A stretch of 64,000 bases of DNA, from NCBI RefSeq assembly GCF_009914755.1, contig NC_060926.1; one strand, written 5' to 3'. This document shows, piece after piece, positions 31,918 through 46,065 of this stretch (position 1 is its first letter; every line of letters begins with the position of its first letter). The notes under the pieces were generated by a model that was given only the letters and a program-made list of their open reading frames with translations, ran no database searches and was not told the origin of the DNA. This stretch comes from the human T2T-CHM13v2.0 reference genome, Homo sapiens. The position numbers and the translations under genes were made by a program.

Positions 31918-34900
31918 GTATCTCATTGTGGTTTTGATTTGCATATCTCTAATGATCAATGATGTTGAGCTTTTTTTCATGTTTGTTGGCCATATGAATG
32001 TCTTCTTTTGAGAAGTGTCTGTTCATGTCCTTTGCCTATGGTTTTTTTTTTCTTGTAAATTTATTTAAGTTTCCCCTAGACCCTGGATACTAGACCTTTG
32101 TTAGATGGATACCTTGCAAAAAATTTCCCCCATTCTCTAGGTTGTCTGTTCACTCTGATAATAGTTTATTTTCCTGTGCAGAAGCTCTTTAATTTAATTA
32201 GATACCACTTGTTAATTTTTGCTTTTGTTCCAATTGCTTTTGGCATTTTCATGATGAAGTCTTTGCCCATGCCTATGTCCTAAATGGTATTGCCTAGATT
32301 TTCTTCTAGGGTTTTTATAGTTTTGGGTTTTACATTTAAGCCTTTAATCCATGTTGAGTTAATTTTTGTATATAGTGTAAGGAAGGGGTCCAATTTCAAT
32401 TTTCTGCATATGGTTTGCCAGTTCTCCCAGCACCATTTATTAAATAGGAAATCCTTTCCCCATTGTTTGTTTTTGTCAGATTTGTTGAAGATCACTTGGC
32501 CGTAGGTGTGTGGTCTTATTTCTTAGTTTTCTATTCTGTTCCACTGGTCTATGTGTCTGTTCTTGTACCAGTACCATGCTGTTTGGTTTACTGCAGTTTA
32601 ATTTGAAGTGTAGTGTAATTTGAAGTCAGGTAATATGATGCCTCCAGCTTTGTTTGTTTTTCTTAGGATTGTCATGGTTATTCAGGGTCTTTTTTGGTTC
32701 CATAGGCATTTTGAAATAGTTTTTTCTAGTTCTGTGAAGAATGTCAGTGGTAGTTTAATGGGAATAGCATTGACTCTATAAATTACTTAAGGCAGTATGG
32801 CCATTTTTACGATATTGATTATTTCTATCTATGGGCATGAAATATTTTTCCATTTGTTTGTTTTCTCTCTGATTTCTTTGAGCAGTGGTTTGTAGTTCTC
32901 TTTGAAGATGTCCGTTACTTTCCTTATTTTATCCTCTTCATAGCAATTGTGAATGAGAGTTCATTCATGATTTGGCTCTTTGCTTGCCTGTTGTTGGTGT
33001 ATGGGAATACTAGCAAGTTTTGCACATTGATTTTGTATCTAGAGACATTGCTAAAGTTGCTTGCCAGCTTAAGGAGCTTTTGGGCTGAGATGATAAGGTT
33101 TTCTAGATGTAGGATAATGCTATCTGCAAAGATAATTTCGCTTCCTTTCTTTTTATTTGAATACTCTTTATTTCTTTCTCTTGCCTCATTGCCCTGGTCA
33201 GAACTTCCAATACCATGTTGAATAAGAATGGTAAGAGAGGGTGTGCTTGTTTTGTGCCACTTTGCAAGGGAAATGCCTCTAGCTTTTGCTCATTTAGTGT
33301 GATATTGGCTGTGAGTTTGATATATGTGAATCTTACTATTTTGAGGTATGTTCCTTCAATACCTAGTTTATTGAGAGTTTTTAACATGAAGGGATGTTGA
33401 ATTTTATCAAAAGCCTTTTCTGCATTGATTGAAATAATCATGTGTTTTTTGTCTTTTGTTCTGTTTATGTGATGAATCACATTCATTGCTTTGCATATGT
33501 TGAACCAACAGTTTATACCCTCTCAGATATGAAGCCAACTGGATCACGATGGATAAGCTTTTTGATGTGCTCCTGGATTTGGTTTGCCAGCCTTTTATTG
33601 AAAAATTTTTATATCAAGGTTCATCAAATATATTGGCTTGAAGTTTTTTTTGTTGTTGTTGTTGTTTTGTATCTCTGCCAGGTTTTGGTATCAGGATGAT
33701 GCTGGCCTCATAAATGAGTTAGAGGGGAGTCCCTCAATTGTTTGCAATAGTCTCAGTAGAAACGGTACCAGCTCTTCTTTTTACCTCTGGTAGAATTCAT
33801 CCTTTAGTCCTTCTGGTGCTGGGCTGTTTTTGCCTTGGTAGGCTATTTATTAGTGGCTTTATTTTAGAACAATTTCTCAGTCTATTCAGTGACTCAATTT
33901 CTTCCTGGCTCCTTGGTAGATTGTATGTGTGCAGGAATTTATCCATTTCTTTTAGATTTTCTAGTTTATTTTCATAGAGGTGTTTGCAGTATTCTCTAAT
34001 AGCTGTGAGTAGTTCATTGGGGTCAGTGATATCCCCTTTATCATTTCTGATTGTGTATATTTGATTCTGTTTTCTTTTCTTCTGTATTAATCTAGCTAGC
34101 AGTCTATTTTATTTTATTTTATTTCTCTTAAAAAAACAGCTTCTGGATTTGTGGGGTTTTTTTTTTTTTTGAAGAATTTTTTATGTCCCCGTCTCCTTCA
34201 GTTCAGCTCTGATCTTGGTTATTTGTTGTCATCTGCTAGTTTTGGGGTTTGTTTGCTCTTGATTCTCTAGTTTTTGTTAAAAAAATTTGTGATGTTAGGT
34301 TGTTAACTTGAGTTCTTTTTAACTTTTTGCTGTGGGCATTTAGCACCATGAATTTCCCTCTGAACACTGCTTTAGCTCCATCCCAGAAATTCTAGTACAT
34401 TGTCTCTTTATCCTCATTAGTTTCAAATAACCTGTTGATTTTTATCTTAATTTTATTATTTACCCAAGAGTCATTAAGGAGCGGATCGCTCAATTTCCAT
34501 GTAGTTGTGTGGTTTTGAGTTCATTTCTTAATTTTAAGTTCAAATTTGATTGCACTGTGGTCCAAGTCTTTTGCATTTACTGAGGAGTGTTTTACATCTG
34601 ATTATGTCATCAATTTTAGAGTAAGTGCTGTGGGGCAATGAGAAGTATGTATATTATATTTTGTTGTTTTTGGGTAGAGACTTCTTTAGGTATCTACCAG
34701 GTCTGCTTGATCCAGAGTTGAGTCCTGAATATCTTCGTTAATTCTCTGTCTCAATGAACTGTCTAATATTGTTGGTGGGGTGTTAAAGTCTCTCACTATT
34801 ATTCTGTGGGAGTCTAAGTCTCTTTGTAGGTATCTAAGAACTTGTTTTATAAATCTGGGTGCTCCTATATTAGGTGCATATATAATTAGGTTAGTTAGCT

Positions 34901-35498
34901 TTTCTTGTATTGAACATTTTACCTTTATATAATACCCTTCATTGTCTTTTTTTTATCTTTCTTGATTTAACATCTGTTTTGTCAGAAACTAGAATTGCAA
35001 CCCCTGCTTTTTTCTGCTGTCCATTTTCTTGGTAGATTTTTCTCCATCTCTTTATTTTGATCCTATCTGTGTCACTGCATGTGAGATGGGTCTCTTGAGG
35101 ACAGCATACCAATGGGTCTTGACTCTTTATCTAGCTTGCCATTCTGTGTCTTTTAATTGGGGCATTTAGCCCATTTACCTTTAAGGTTAGCATTGTTATG
35201 TGTGAATTTGATTTTGTCATCACGATACTAGCTGGTTATTTTGCAGACTTGTTTATGTAGTTGCTTCATTGTGCCATTGGTCTTTGTACTTCAGTGTGTT
35301 TTTGTAGTGTTTGGTAATGGTTTCCTTTTTCATATTTAGTGCTTCCTTTAGAAGCTCTTGCAAGGCAGGCCTTGTGGTAATGAATTTCCACAGCATTTGC
35401 TTGTCTGAAAAGGAGCTTATTTCTCCTTCACTTATGGAGCTTAGTTTTGCCAGGTACAAAATTCTGGGTTGAAAATTCTTTTCTTTAAGAATATTGAC

Positions 35499-35994
<496 letters not shown>

Positions 35995-37114
35995 TCATGG
36001 AGTATCTTACTGGGGTTCTCTGCATTTCCTGAATTTGAATATTGGCCTGTCTTGCTAGGTTGGGGAAGTTCTCCTGGATTATATCCTGAAGTGTGTTTTC
36101 CAACTTGGTTCTATTCTCCCTATCTCTTTCAGGTAACTCAGTCAGTCATAGATTTGGTCTCTTTACATAACCCCATATTTCATGCGACTTTTTTCATTGC
36201 TTTTTATTCTTTTTTCTCTATTCTTGTCTGCCTCTGTTATTTCAGCAAGATCATCTTCCAGCTTTGAGATTCTTTCCTTTGCTTGGCCTATTCTGCTCCT
36301 GATACTTGTGATTGCATTGTGAAGGATCTCGTATTGTGTTTCTCAGCTCCATCAGGTTGGTTATGTTCCTCTCTAAATAGACTATTGTTGCTATCAGCTC
36401 CTGTATTGTTTTATTATGATTTTTAGCTTCTTTGCATTGGGTTACAAATAATTGTGTATTTTATGTGTCACAAAGTAATATTTTGATACACATACACATT
36501 ATAATGATGAAATAAGTGTAATTAGTATATCCATCACCTGAAATACTTATCTGTGACAGGAACATTTAAAATTCTCTCTTTTAGGTATTTTGAGATATAC
36601 AATACATTATTATTAACTATAGTCACCTTGCTGTGCAGTTGAACATCAGAACTTTTATCTCTTATCTAAATATAACTATACCCATCGACCAGCATCTCTA
36701 ATTTCTCCATCCAAACGCTTACCCCCACAGCCTCTGGTAACCACCATTCTACTCTCTACTTCTATGAATTTGACTTTTTTAGATTTCATATATAAGAGAT
36801 ATTATACAGTATTTGTCTCTTTGTGGCCGGCTTATTTCACTTAACATAGGTTCATTCATGTTGCAAATTAGAGAATTTTCTATTTGTTTTCATCTTAATG
36901 ACTGAATCGTATTCATTTTACAATTATATGTAGTACTTTACCTTTTAAAATGCCCATAGTTGGACATTTAGGTTATTTTCATATCTTGGTTATTGAGAAT
37001 AGTGCTACAATAAACATGGGTGTGCAGAAATACCTTTGCCATACCGATTTTATTTCCTTTGGGTATATACATAGTAGTGGAATTTTATAATTATATCATC
37101 ATTCTATTTTCGTT

Positions 37115-37850
37115 CTTTTTAAATTTTTAATATTTAATCCTTGTGGGTACATAGTAGGTACATATATTTATAGGGTACATAAGATACTTTGATATAGGCA
37201 TGCAATGTGTAACAATCACATCCTGGTAAATGGAGTATGCATCACCTCAAGCATTTATCCTTTGTGTTAAAAACACTCCAGTTATACTCTTTTGATTTTA
37301 AAATGTATAATTAAATTATTATTAACCACAGTCATGCCGTTTTCCTGTCAAATACTAGGTCTTTATTCATTCTTTCTATTTTTTTTTCTTTTTTTTTTTT
37401 AACTCATTAACCATCCTCACATCCCCCCACCCCTGACACACACTGAGTACCCTTCCCAGCCTCTGGTAAATGTCCTCCTACTCTCTATCTCCATTAGTTC
37501 AACTGTTTTAGTTTCTAGCTGCCACATATAAGTGAGAACATGTGAAGTTTGTGTTTTCATTCCTGGCTTATTTTACTTATCATAACCTCCAGTTCCATCC
37601 ATGTTGTAGCAAATGACAGGATCTCATTCTTTTTATGGCTGAATAGTACTCCATTGTGTATATGTACCACATTTTCTTTATCCATTCATTTGTTGATGAA
37701 AATTAAGATTGCTTCCCAATCTTGGATATTGTGAACAGTGCTGCAACAAACATGGGAGTGCAGATATCTCTTTGATATAATGATTTACTTTCTTTTGCAT
37801 GCATACCCAGCATTTGAATTACTGGACTATACAATAGCTCTAATTTTAGA
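37115..37850 (-). mobile_element. L1MA2/3-like 3' end nested in the older L1MA
   Basis: 'ttgtgggtacatagtaggt..aggcatgcaatgtgtaacaatcacatc..cacctcaagcatttatcctttgtgtt'; 5' boundary uncertain. Confidence 0.8.
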
Positions 37851-38371
37851 TTTTTAAGAAACTTACATACTGTTTTCCAAAATGGCTATGCTAATGTACA
37901 ATACCACCAAGAGTGTATAAGGGCTCTCTTCTGTATATCCTTGCCAATGTTTGTTATTTTTCACTTTTTGAAAATAGCCAGTCTAACAGATGGGAGGTAA
38001 AACTCATTATGGTTGTAATTTGCATTTCTCTGATGATTAAAGACATTGAACTTTTTTTCATATATCTGTTGGACATTCATATGTCTTCTTTTGAGAAAAG
38101 TCTATTCAAGTTCTTTACCAATTTATAAGAGTTGTATTTGTTTTATTGTTACTAAGTAGTTTGAGTTAATTGTACATTTTGGATATTAGCCACTTACTGG
38201 ATATATAATTTGCATATATTTTTCCCATCCCATGTGTAATCTCTTCACTCTATTAATTGTTTCATTTGCTGTGCAAATGATTTTTAGGTTGATTCAGTGT
38301 CTTTTGTCTATTTTTGTTTTTGTTGCTCAAACTTTTATAATCATATCTAAGTATTCTGCCCAGTGCAATAT

Positions 38372-40156
38372 TGTGTTAGGCCATTATTGCATTGCTCTAA
38401 AGAAATATCTGAGACCTGGAAATTCATAAAGAAAAAAGGTTTAATTGACTGACAGTTGTGTAGCTTTTATAGGAAGAATGGTACTGGCATCTGCTTGGCT
38501 CCTGGTGAAGCCTCAGGAAGCTTTTAGTCATGGTGGAAGGCAACGTTGGAGTAGTCATCTCATATGGTGAAAATGTGAACAAGAGAGAGAGTGGGGGAGG
38601 TGCCATACATAAACAATCAGATCACTACAGCAAAGACAGTACCAAGCCATGTGAGATCTGCTTCGATGACATAAACATCTCCCACCAGGCCCCACCTCTA
38701 ACACTGGGATTATGTCCTTCTGAAATTTCAAAATATAATCATGCCTTTTCAATAGGACCCAAATTGTCAACACATTTTTGAATTAACTCAAAAGTCCAAA
38801 GTCTAAAGTTTCATTTGAGACAAGGCAGGTTCCTTCCACTTATGAGTCTGTGAAATCAAAAGCAAGTTATGTACTTCCAAGTTACGATGGGGTACAATGG
38901 GGTATAGCTATTGAATAAACATTTCCATTGGAAATTGAAGAAATCAGCCAAAGGGAAGGCCCTGTGCAAGTTCAAAATCAAACAGGGCCGTAATTAAATC
39001 TTAAAGTTTCAAAATAATCTCCGTTGAATACATGTCATGCATCTGGGGCACACTAGTGCAAGGGGTGGGCACACTAGTGCAAGGGGTGGGCACACTAGTG
39101 CAAGGGGTGGGCTCACAAGGCCCTAGGCATTTCCACTTATGTGGCTTTCCAGGTTTCAGTCCCCATGCCTGCTCTCACAGGTTGTTGAGTGGCTGCAACT
39201 TTTCCAGGTACAAGGTGTAAGCTGCAGGTGGATCTACCACTCTGGGGGCCTGGAGGATGGTGGCTCCTTTCCCACAGCTCTACTAAGCAGTACCTCAGTG
39301 GGTACACTGTGTGGTGCCTTCAACCCCACAATTTACCTCCACACTGCTCTGTCAGATGTTCTCTGTGAGGGCTCTACTCCTGCAGCGCACTTTTTCCTGG
39401 GGACCCAGGCTTTCTCAAACATCCTCTGAAATCTAGGCAGTTGCTGCCAAGTTTTCTTTACTCTTTTACTCTGTGCACCTGCAAGATTAACATCACATGG
39501 AAACTGTCAATGCTTATGGCTTAAAATGTCTGAAGCAGTGGCTCGACCTTATCAGCCTGGACTTTACCGTCCATATCACTATCAATATTTTGGTCACAAA
39601 CATTTAACCAGTCTCTAAGAAGTTTCACGTTTTCCTTCAACTTCCTGTCTTCTTCTGAGTCCTCCAAAGTCTTCCAACCTTTGCCCATTATCCAGTTCCA
39701 AGGTCGCGTCCACATTTTCAGGTATCTTTATGAAAATAACCCATTCCTGGCACCAACTTTCTGTGTTAAGCTGTTCTTGTATTGCTATAAGGAAATACCT
39801 GACACTGGGCAGTTTATACAAAACTAGGTTTTATTGCCTCATGTTTCTGCATGCTATACAAGAAGCCTGGTACCAGCATATGCTCAACTTCTCATGAGGC
39901 CTCAGGAAGCTTTCATTCATGGCAGAAGGCAAAGGGAGAGCAGGCATTTCACGTGGCAAGAACAAAAGCAAGAAAGATAGTTGGGGGAGAAAGAAGAGAT
40001 GTCATGCATTTAAACAACCAGATGACCATTACAAAGACAGCACCAAGCCATGAGGGATCTATCTCCATGACATAAACCACTCCCACTAGGCCCTACCTTC
40101 AACACTGAGGATTACATCACAACATGAGATTTGGAGAGGACATCGAAACTATGTTA
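38372..40156 (-). mobile_element. MST (MSTA/B-like) MaLR provirus: LTR 38372-~38712, deleted internal ~38713-39761, LTR 39762-40156
   Basis: Two homologous LTRs ('ggcatctgcttggc..gaagcctcaggaagctt') around MaLR internal sequence; TSD aatat/aatgt at 38367-38371 and 40157-40161. Confidence 0.9.
39046..39112. repeat. Perfect 21-bp tandem repeat x3.2 (gggcacactagtgcaaggggt)
   Basis: Direct reading; the ORF track shows GTLVQGV three times. Confidence 0.95.
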
Positions 40157-41009
40157 AATGTCACACAGTTTTTTTTTTTCTGTTTTACTCTAGTAATTTT
40201 ATTATTTTAAATCTTATCTTTAAGTTGTTGTTCTATTTTTAGTTGATTCTTATATAAGGGTGAAATCAGGGTTCTTTTTTTTCTTCTGTGTATGAATATC
40301 CGGTTTTCCCAACAGCATTTATTGTAGAGATTATCCTTTCTCCAATGTGGATTCTTAGCACCTTTGTTGAAAATCAACTCACACTAGTTACGCAGGGTTA
40401 TTTTTGGACTCTCTTCTACTACATTAATCAACGTGTCTATTTTTAGGCCAGTATCATTCTGTTTTGATTCCTATAGCTTTGTAATATATTTTGAAATCCC
40501 ATTGTATGATTCCATTAGCTTTGTCCTTTTTGGTCAAGATTGCTTTGAGTATTAGGTGTTCTGTAGTTTCATATGAATTTTAGGATTTTTTCTAGTTCTG
40601 TGAAAATTCCCATTGGAATTTTGATACGGATTCCATTGAATTTATAGATCAATTTGGGTAATATAAACATTTTAACAATATTAATTCTACTAATTCATGA
40701 ACATGGGATATCTTTTTCATTTACTTGCACCTTCTTCCATTTCTTTCATCAATGTTTTATAGTTTTCAGCTTACAGTTTTTCACTTTCTTGGTAACATTT
40801 AATTATAAATATTTTTATTGTATTATAAATAACACTGTTTTTTAAATTTTTTTCTGGTGAGTTAATTGTTAGTGTGTAGCAACACTACTGATTTTTGTAA
40901 GTTGGTATTTTATTTTGTAGCTTAACTGAACTTTTAAATATGTTGTAACAGGTTCTTAGTGGAGTCTTTAGGATTTTCTATATGTACATACATTGACAAA
41001 TCCAAAAGA

Positions 41010-43597
41010 CTCTAATTCTGTAATGGTGGTGGATAAATTAATTATGTGTCTATTATAAAGTGTAAAAACAAAACTATTAAAAACAAAGCAACAATAATTT
41101 GTTAAGAGGCACATATTATAAAAAGATGTAAAGTATAACACCAAAACAGTAAAAAATGGAAAGAGAGTAAAATTACAGAATTTTTCTCTGCAATCAAAAT
41201 TCAATTATTCTAAACTTGAAATAGCTTGTTACAAGTATAAAATGTTTCTTGTAAACCTCAGGGTAACCACAAAACAATATTTTATAACAAAACACAAAAG
41301 AATAAAAAAGATATCCAAACAATGCAGTACAGAAGGCCATCAAACATCAAAGCAAAAAAGCTAGACAGAAATAAAAAAAAAGGCCCTAATAAAACACCAG
41401 AAAACAGTTAACAAAGTGGCAGTAGTAAATCCTTACCTATAAACAATTACAAAAAAAAAGTATATGAATTAAGTGTTTCAGTTAAAGGGCTTAGTGTAGC
41501 TGAAGGAATGAAAAAAACAAAGCCCAGTTATATGCTGCCTACAATAGACTCATCTCAACCTAAAGGCCACTCATATTAAAAGTGAATTGATGGAGAAACA
41601 CGTTAAAGGGAGACAGAAACTGAAAGAGATCAGGGTAGCTATATTTCATTTATAAAAAATAAACTTTAGGTCAAAAACTGTAAAAAGGGACAAAACAGTT
41701 AATGACAAAGTGGTAAGTTCATAAGGAGGAACTAACAATTATATTTGCTCCAAAATTGGAGTACTTAAATACAAAACAATAATAATAAATCGAAAGGAGA
41801 CATGGAATGTGACACAATAGTAATAGGGTATTTCAACACTCCACTTTCAGCAACAGACAGATCATTCAGACAGAAAATCAATAAGAAAACATCAGACTTA
41901 AACTACACGTAAGAACAAATGGACCTAACGGATATATACAGGACATTCCACCCAATAGCAACAGGATATACGTTTTTCTCAAGTGCACAAGGAACGTTCT
42001 CCAGGATGGATTATATTTTAGGCAACAACACGATTCTTAACACATTGAAATAAAAAGAAATCATATCAAGTATCATTTTCCATCGTAATGGTGTGAAACT
42101 GGAAATCAATAACAGGAAGAGTCATGGAAAATTCACAAATAAGTGAAACATAACTAATACACTCCTCAACAACTATTTAGTCAAAGAATAAACTAAACAG
42201 GAAATTTAAATAATATCTTGAGAAAACAAGAATGAAAACAGAACATACCAAGGCTTATGGGATGCAGCAAAAGTAGTTCTAAGAAGGGAGTGTATAACAA
42301 TTAAAATCTACATCAAAAAAGAAGACAGCTCTCAGATAAAGAGCTTAACATTACATCTTAAGCAATTAGTAAAAGAAGAACAGACTAGTCCCAAAGATAG
42401 CAGAAGAAAGAAAATAACAAAGGTCAGAGCAAAAATAAGTGCAATAAATACATGAAAAAAATAGAAATAAAGAGAATAAGAGTTGGCTTTTTGAAAAGGT
42501 GAATAAAATTGACAAAACCTTAGCTAAACTAACTAAGAATAAAAGAGAGAAGACAAATAAATAACATCATAAATGAAGAATGAGACATTACAATTGATAA
42601 TACAGAAATACAAAGGATCATAAGAGACTATTGTGAAAAATTATATGCCAACAAGTTAAAACACCTGGAAGAAATGAATCAATTCCTAGAGGCATATAAC
42701 TTACTAAGACTTAATCATGATAAGATGGGAAATCTTAACAGACCAATAACAAGTAAAGAGATTAAATAAAAATTAAAAAGTCTGTTCAAGGAAAAGCCCA
42801 GATCCAGATAGCTTCATGGATGAATTCTAATTAACATTTAAAGAACTAATGCCAATCATTCTGAAACTCTTCCAAAAAATTGAAGAGAAAAAGAGTACTT
42901 CCAAACTAACTTTACAAGGCCAGCCTCACCATGATACCAAAGCTAGTACAGTACACTACAAGAAAAGAAAAACTGCAGGCTAATATAACTGATAAACATA
43001 GATGCAAAAATCTTCAACAATATGCATATGGACTCCAACTTAGGGTGGTTCAATTTAAGATTTTTTAACTTTATCATGGGGTTATGAGGATAATATCTTC
43101 AACAATACATTAAAAGTGTCATCATTTACCATGATCAAGTGGGATTTATCCCTGGGATGCAAGATTGGTTGAACATACATAAATCAATAAATGTGATATG
43201 TCACATCAACAGAATGAAGAACAAAATCAACACCATCATCTCAATAGATACAAATGAAGCATTTGACAAAACTTAACATCATTTTATGATAAAGTCTATT
43301 AACAAATTAGGTAAAGAAGGACTATTCCTCAACATAATAAAGACTATATATGACAAGCCCACAGCTAACATCGTACTCAGGAATTAAAATTGAAGGCTTT
43401 TCCTTTAAAATCAGAAAAAAATAAGTATGCCCATTCTCACTACTTCTGTTAAATATAGTACTGGAAGTCCTAGCCAGAGCAATTAGGCAAGAGAGAGAAA
43501 TAAAGGACATCCAAATAAAAGAGGATGAAGTAAAATTATCTCTGTTTCTTTGCAACCACACTGTTTTAATTGCCAGCAATGACATGATTTTAAATGT
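41010..43597 (+). mobile_element. L1MA ORF2 5' part (inter-ORF, endonuclease, up to the RT FADD region), inverted relative to the adjacent arm
   Basis: 'tatgctgcctacaatagactca', 'ttcaacactccactttcagca', 'ccatgatcaagtgggatttatccctgggatgcaag', 'gaagtcctagccagagcaattaggcaag..aaattatctctgttt'. Confidence 0.9.
43025..43092. mobile_element. TcMar-Tigger MITE fragment (MER47/Tigger5-like) inside L1
   Basis: 'catatggactccaacttagggtggttcaatttaagattttttaactttatcatggggttat' is a CpG-decayed match to the recalled MER47B end. Confidence 0.6.
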
Positions 43598-43789
43598 CAG
43601 TAAAAGGCAAATATGAATTTTTCTTCAAGTACAACAAAATCAAGGAAACTATGTAGTTACTCATCATGTTTTTCAAAGGCTTAATAGAAATTCATGAGAC
43701 AAAATTAATAAAATAAAAATATAACTCAAGGCCTCAAAAATTTATAATGATTAAGCAATAGAATTATCTACAGTCAATCTAATGTATTT

Positions 43790-44500
43790 ACCTCTACTTA
43801 TCTCCCCATGGTCCAAAGAACCATCGTCTCAGACCTAAATTATTTCAAAAAAACTTCTAAATGCTACCCCTGCTTCTTCCCTTGCTACTCATCACAGATG
43901 ATTTTTTACACCACAGGACAAACAGTCTTGCTAAAACGTAGGTCACAGAATCGTTCTTTGTTAAAAATTTTCAGTGTTTTTCTATTTCACTTTTAAAGAA
44001 ACAAATACATTATAGATAAATTCTAACTAATATTTAAAGAACCACCACACCAAAAATCTCACAGTTTTTAACATCTCTGAATTCATTAATTATTTATTTG
44101 ACCATGCTGGCCTCTCTTGAAAAAATAAAATAAAATAATATTCTAGGCACGTTTCTACCTCATAGCCCTTGCACTTGCTCCTCCTGCTGCCTGGAACAGT
44201 CTTCTCCCAGATATCCTCATGACTTTCCTCCTTACCAGATTCTCGTCTTTACTTAAATGCCCCCTTTTCATTGCAGTCTTCCTTGTCCATGCTACAAAAT
44301 AATCCTGCCCCTTTATCTTCCTTTTCTACTTTACTATTTGATAGCTTTTATTCCATCAACTACACTACCTATTGCATTTATTAACTTTCTGTCTACACTA
44401 ATACTACAATGTAATCTGCACGAGTATGTTCTGTGCACTTACGTTAAGTGACCAAATGGCTTAAATTTAGTAGACACTTAAATTTCAGTTGAATGAATAA
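43790..44500 (+). mobile_element. L2 3' region
   Basis: 'aaaacgtaggtcacagaatc', 'cccttgcacttgctcctcctgctgcctggaa', terminal 'tagtagacacttaaatttcagttgaatgaataaa'. Confidence 0.8.
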
Positions 44501-44589
44501 ATTTCTTTGGTCCTCTCTAGTGTTGATATTCTGACAGCTAATCATATTATACATAATTGTTTTGTTGATGGAACCACCCTGTTACACGT

Positions 44590-44765
44590 GATTTTAAGTC
44601 TATTCACAAGTCCAGTCCTGGCAAATGTTTAACAACAAGATTTCTGATGAAAAATGCCCTTATTTGTAGAATTTTATTAATTCCATGGTGAACATTCTCT
44701 CACCACAAACACGGGATTGAGATAAAATGCACACAACTGCTTTTTATGAGCTGATGTTGGCACAA
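44590..44765. mobile_element. hAT DNA transposon MITE (MER63-like)
   Basis: 'ctggcaaatgtttaacaac..gcccttatttgtag..ttccatggtg..ctctcacca..atgcacacaa'. Confidence 0.55.
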
Positions 44766-44774
44766 ATTATAGCA

Positions 44775-44975
44775 CAAATTGCATTAACTCATTTAATGTG
44801 CTCAATCACCATGGGAGACAGGAGTTATTACTTTGGCCATTTTTCAAATGAGAAACTACAACACAGAGAGGTTAAGCATGTACCCAAGGTCACATAGTTA
44901 GAAAGGAATCTACCTGGGATATGCCTGATGATTGACCCGAGAGCTTGTGCTTAGAAAAATTCAGCTATACTTCAG
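44775..44975 (-). mobile_element. MIR SINE
   Basis: 'cattaactcatttaat..ccatttttcaaatgagaaact..cacagagaggttaag..cccaaggtcacatagttag'. Confidence 0.85.
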
Positions 44976-46065
44976 GCCTTTGATAAATTACTTTAAATAA
45001 AATTCAGGTTTTAAAATGAAAAAAAAAAATTATAGCCATGCATATTCTTTAAGTGTCAGTCAAGGACCTATAAATATTTTTTAAATTTTTTGAATATTTA
45101 AAAAAATGTTAGTTTTCCAAGCAAAAGGCCAAGACTGTGTGCTTTGCTTAGGCCATTTTATTTTCAGACACTGAAAATATCTGTAAAAATGATAATACCT
45201 CACTCTGGTTTGCCAGAGCCAATTAGATTTGTCAGTATCAGTCTATATCTTATTGATCGAAACCGCAGGTAGTAAAAAACATTCGTGTGTTTTCTAAGTG
45301 TTCTTTCTTGTTTTGGATTCCTTGCTTAAATCAGAATCTTACTGAACTAGAAATAAGAAAGTTTAGACTCCCTCCTTGTTTTTAGGAATATAATGTACCT
45401 AGCTGAGTGGATTTCTATTTTTCAAAGGCACAATAATCCAGTTAAAATGCAGTGATTCTCTTAGGTACTACATAGATTTTACATTGTATAATCATTGCAA
45501 TCAGCCACCAAATCCATAACTCTCATTAGAAAGCAGTGTTTCTTTTAATACCATTAATTTAGCCTGTTTTGAAGTCCTTATTAAGAATTCACCTAGCTAA
45601 ACCATGACACTTATATGGATTCGACAAACTTGCTCTATTGCCTCTAGTTCTGAAAATAGATTTTAATTATCATATAAGATTAATTAAAAGAAAAATGTAA
45701 TTCAGTATTACCTTTATTTTTTACATCATGAAGCACTGAGTAACAACATCTATATACTACGCATATTGTGTATAAAATCAATGAATGTATAATAGCTGTA
45801 TGGAAAACAGGTTTAAATCTAAACCAATGAACCACAGCACTAAAAAATTAAGCAAATGTTTATTACATCATTTTGGATATTGACCTTTGGATATAGAAAG
45901 AAAACATTTTGAAGAAGAATCTGAGTCTCCACATTTTATTTTTAGAGGAGTAGGTACTTCTGGACACCATCTGGTCAGCCCATGGCATTCAAAATAAAAC
46001 AGTGTTTGGAATATTGAAATTAATTATTAAAATGACAAGGAGAATTTTAAATTTCTAACTTGCAG

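Larger units (their letters stand above)
36447..40995 (-). mobile_element. L1MA (L1MA4-8-like) 3' end and ORF2, non-inverted arm; interrupted by L1MA2-like and MST insertions
   Basis: L1MA 3' end at 36447; antisense ORF2 sequence runs to 'gtggagtctttaggattttctatat' at ~40985. Confidence 0.85.

Noticed and set aside
39046-39112. CRISPR-like palindromic repeat array
   Set aside because: No spacers, eukaryotic context and no cas genes; it is a simple tandem repeat.
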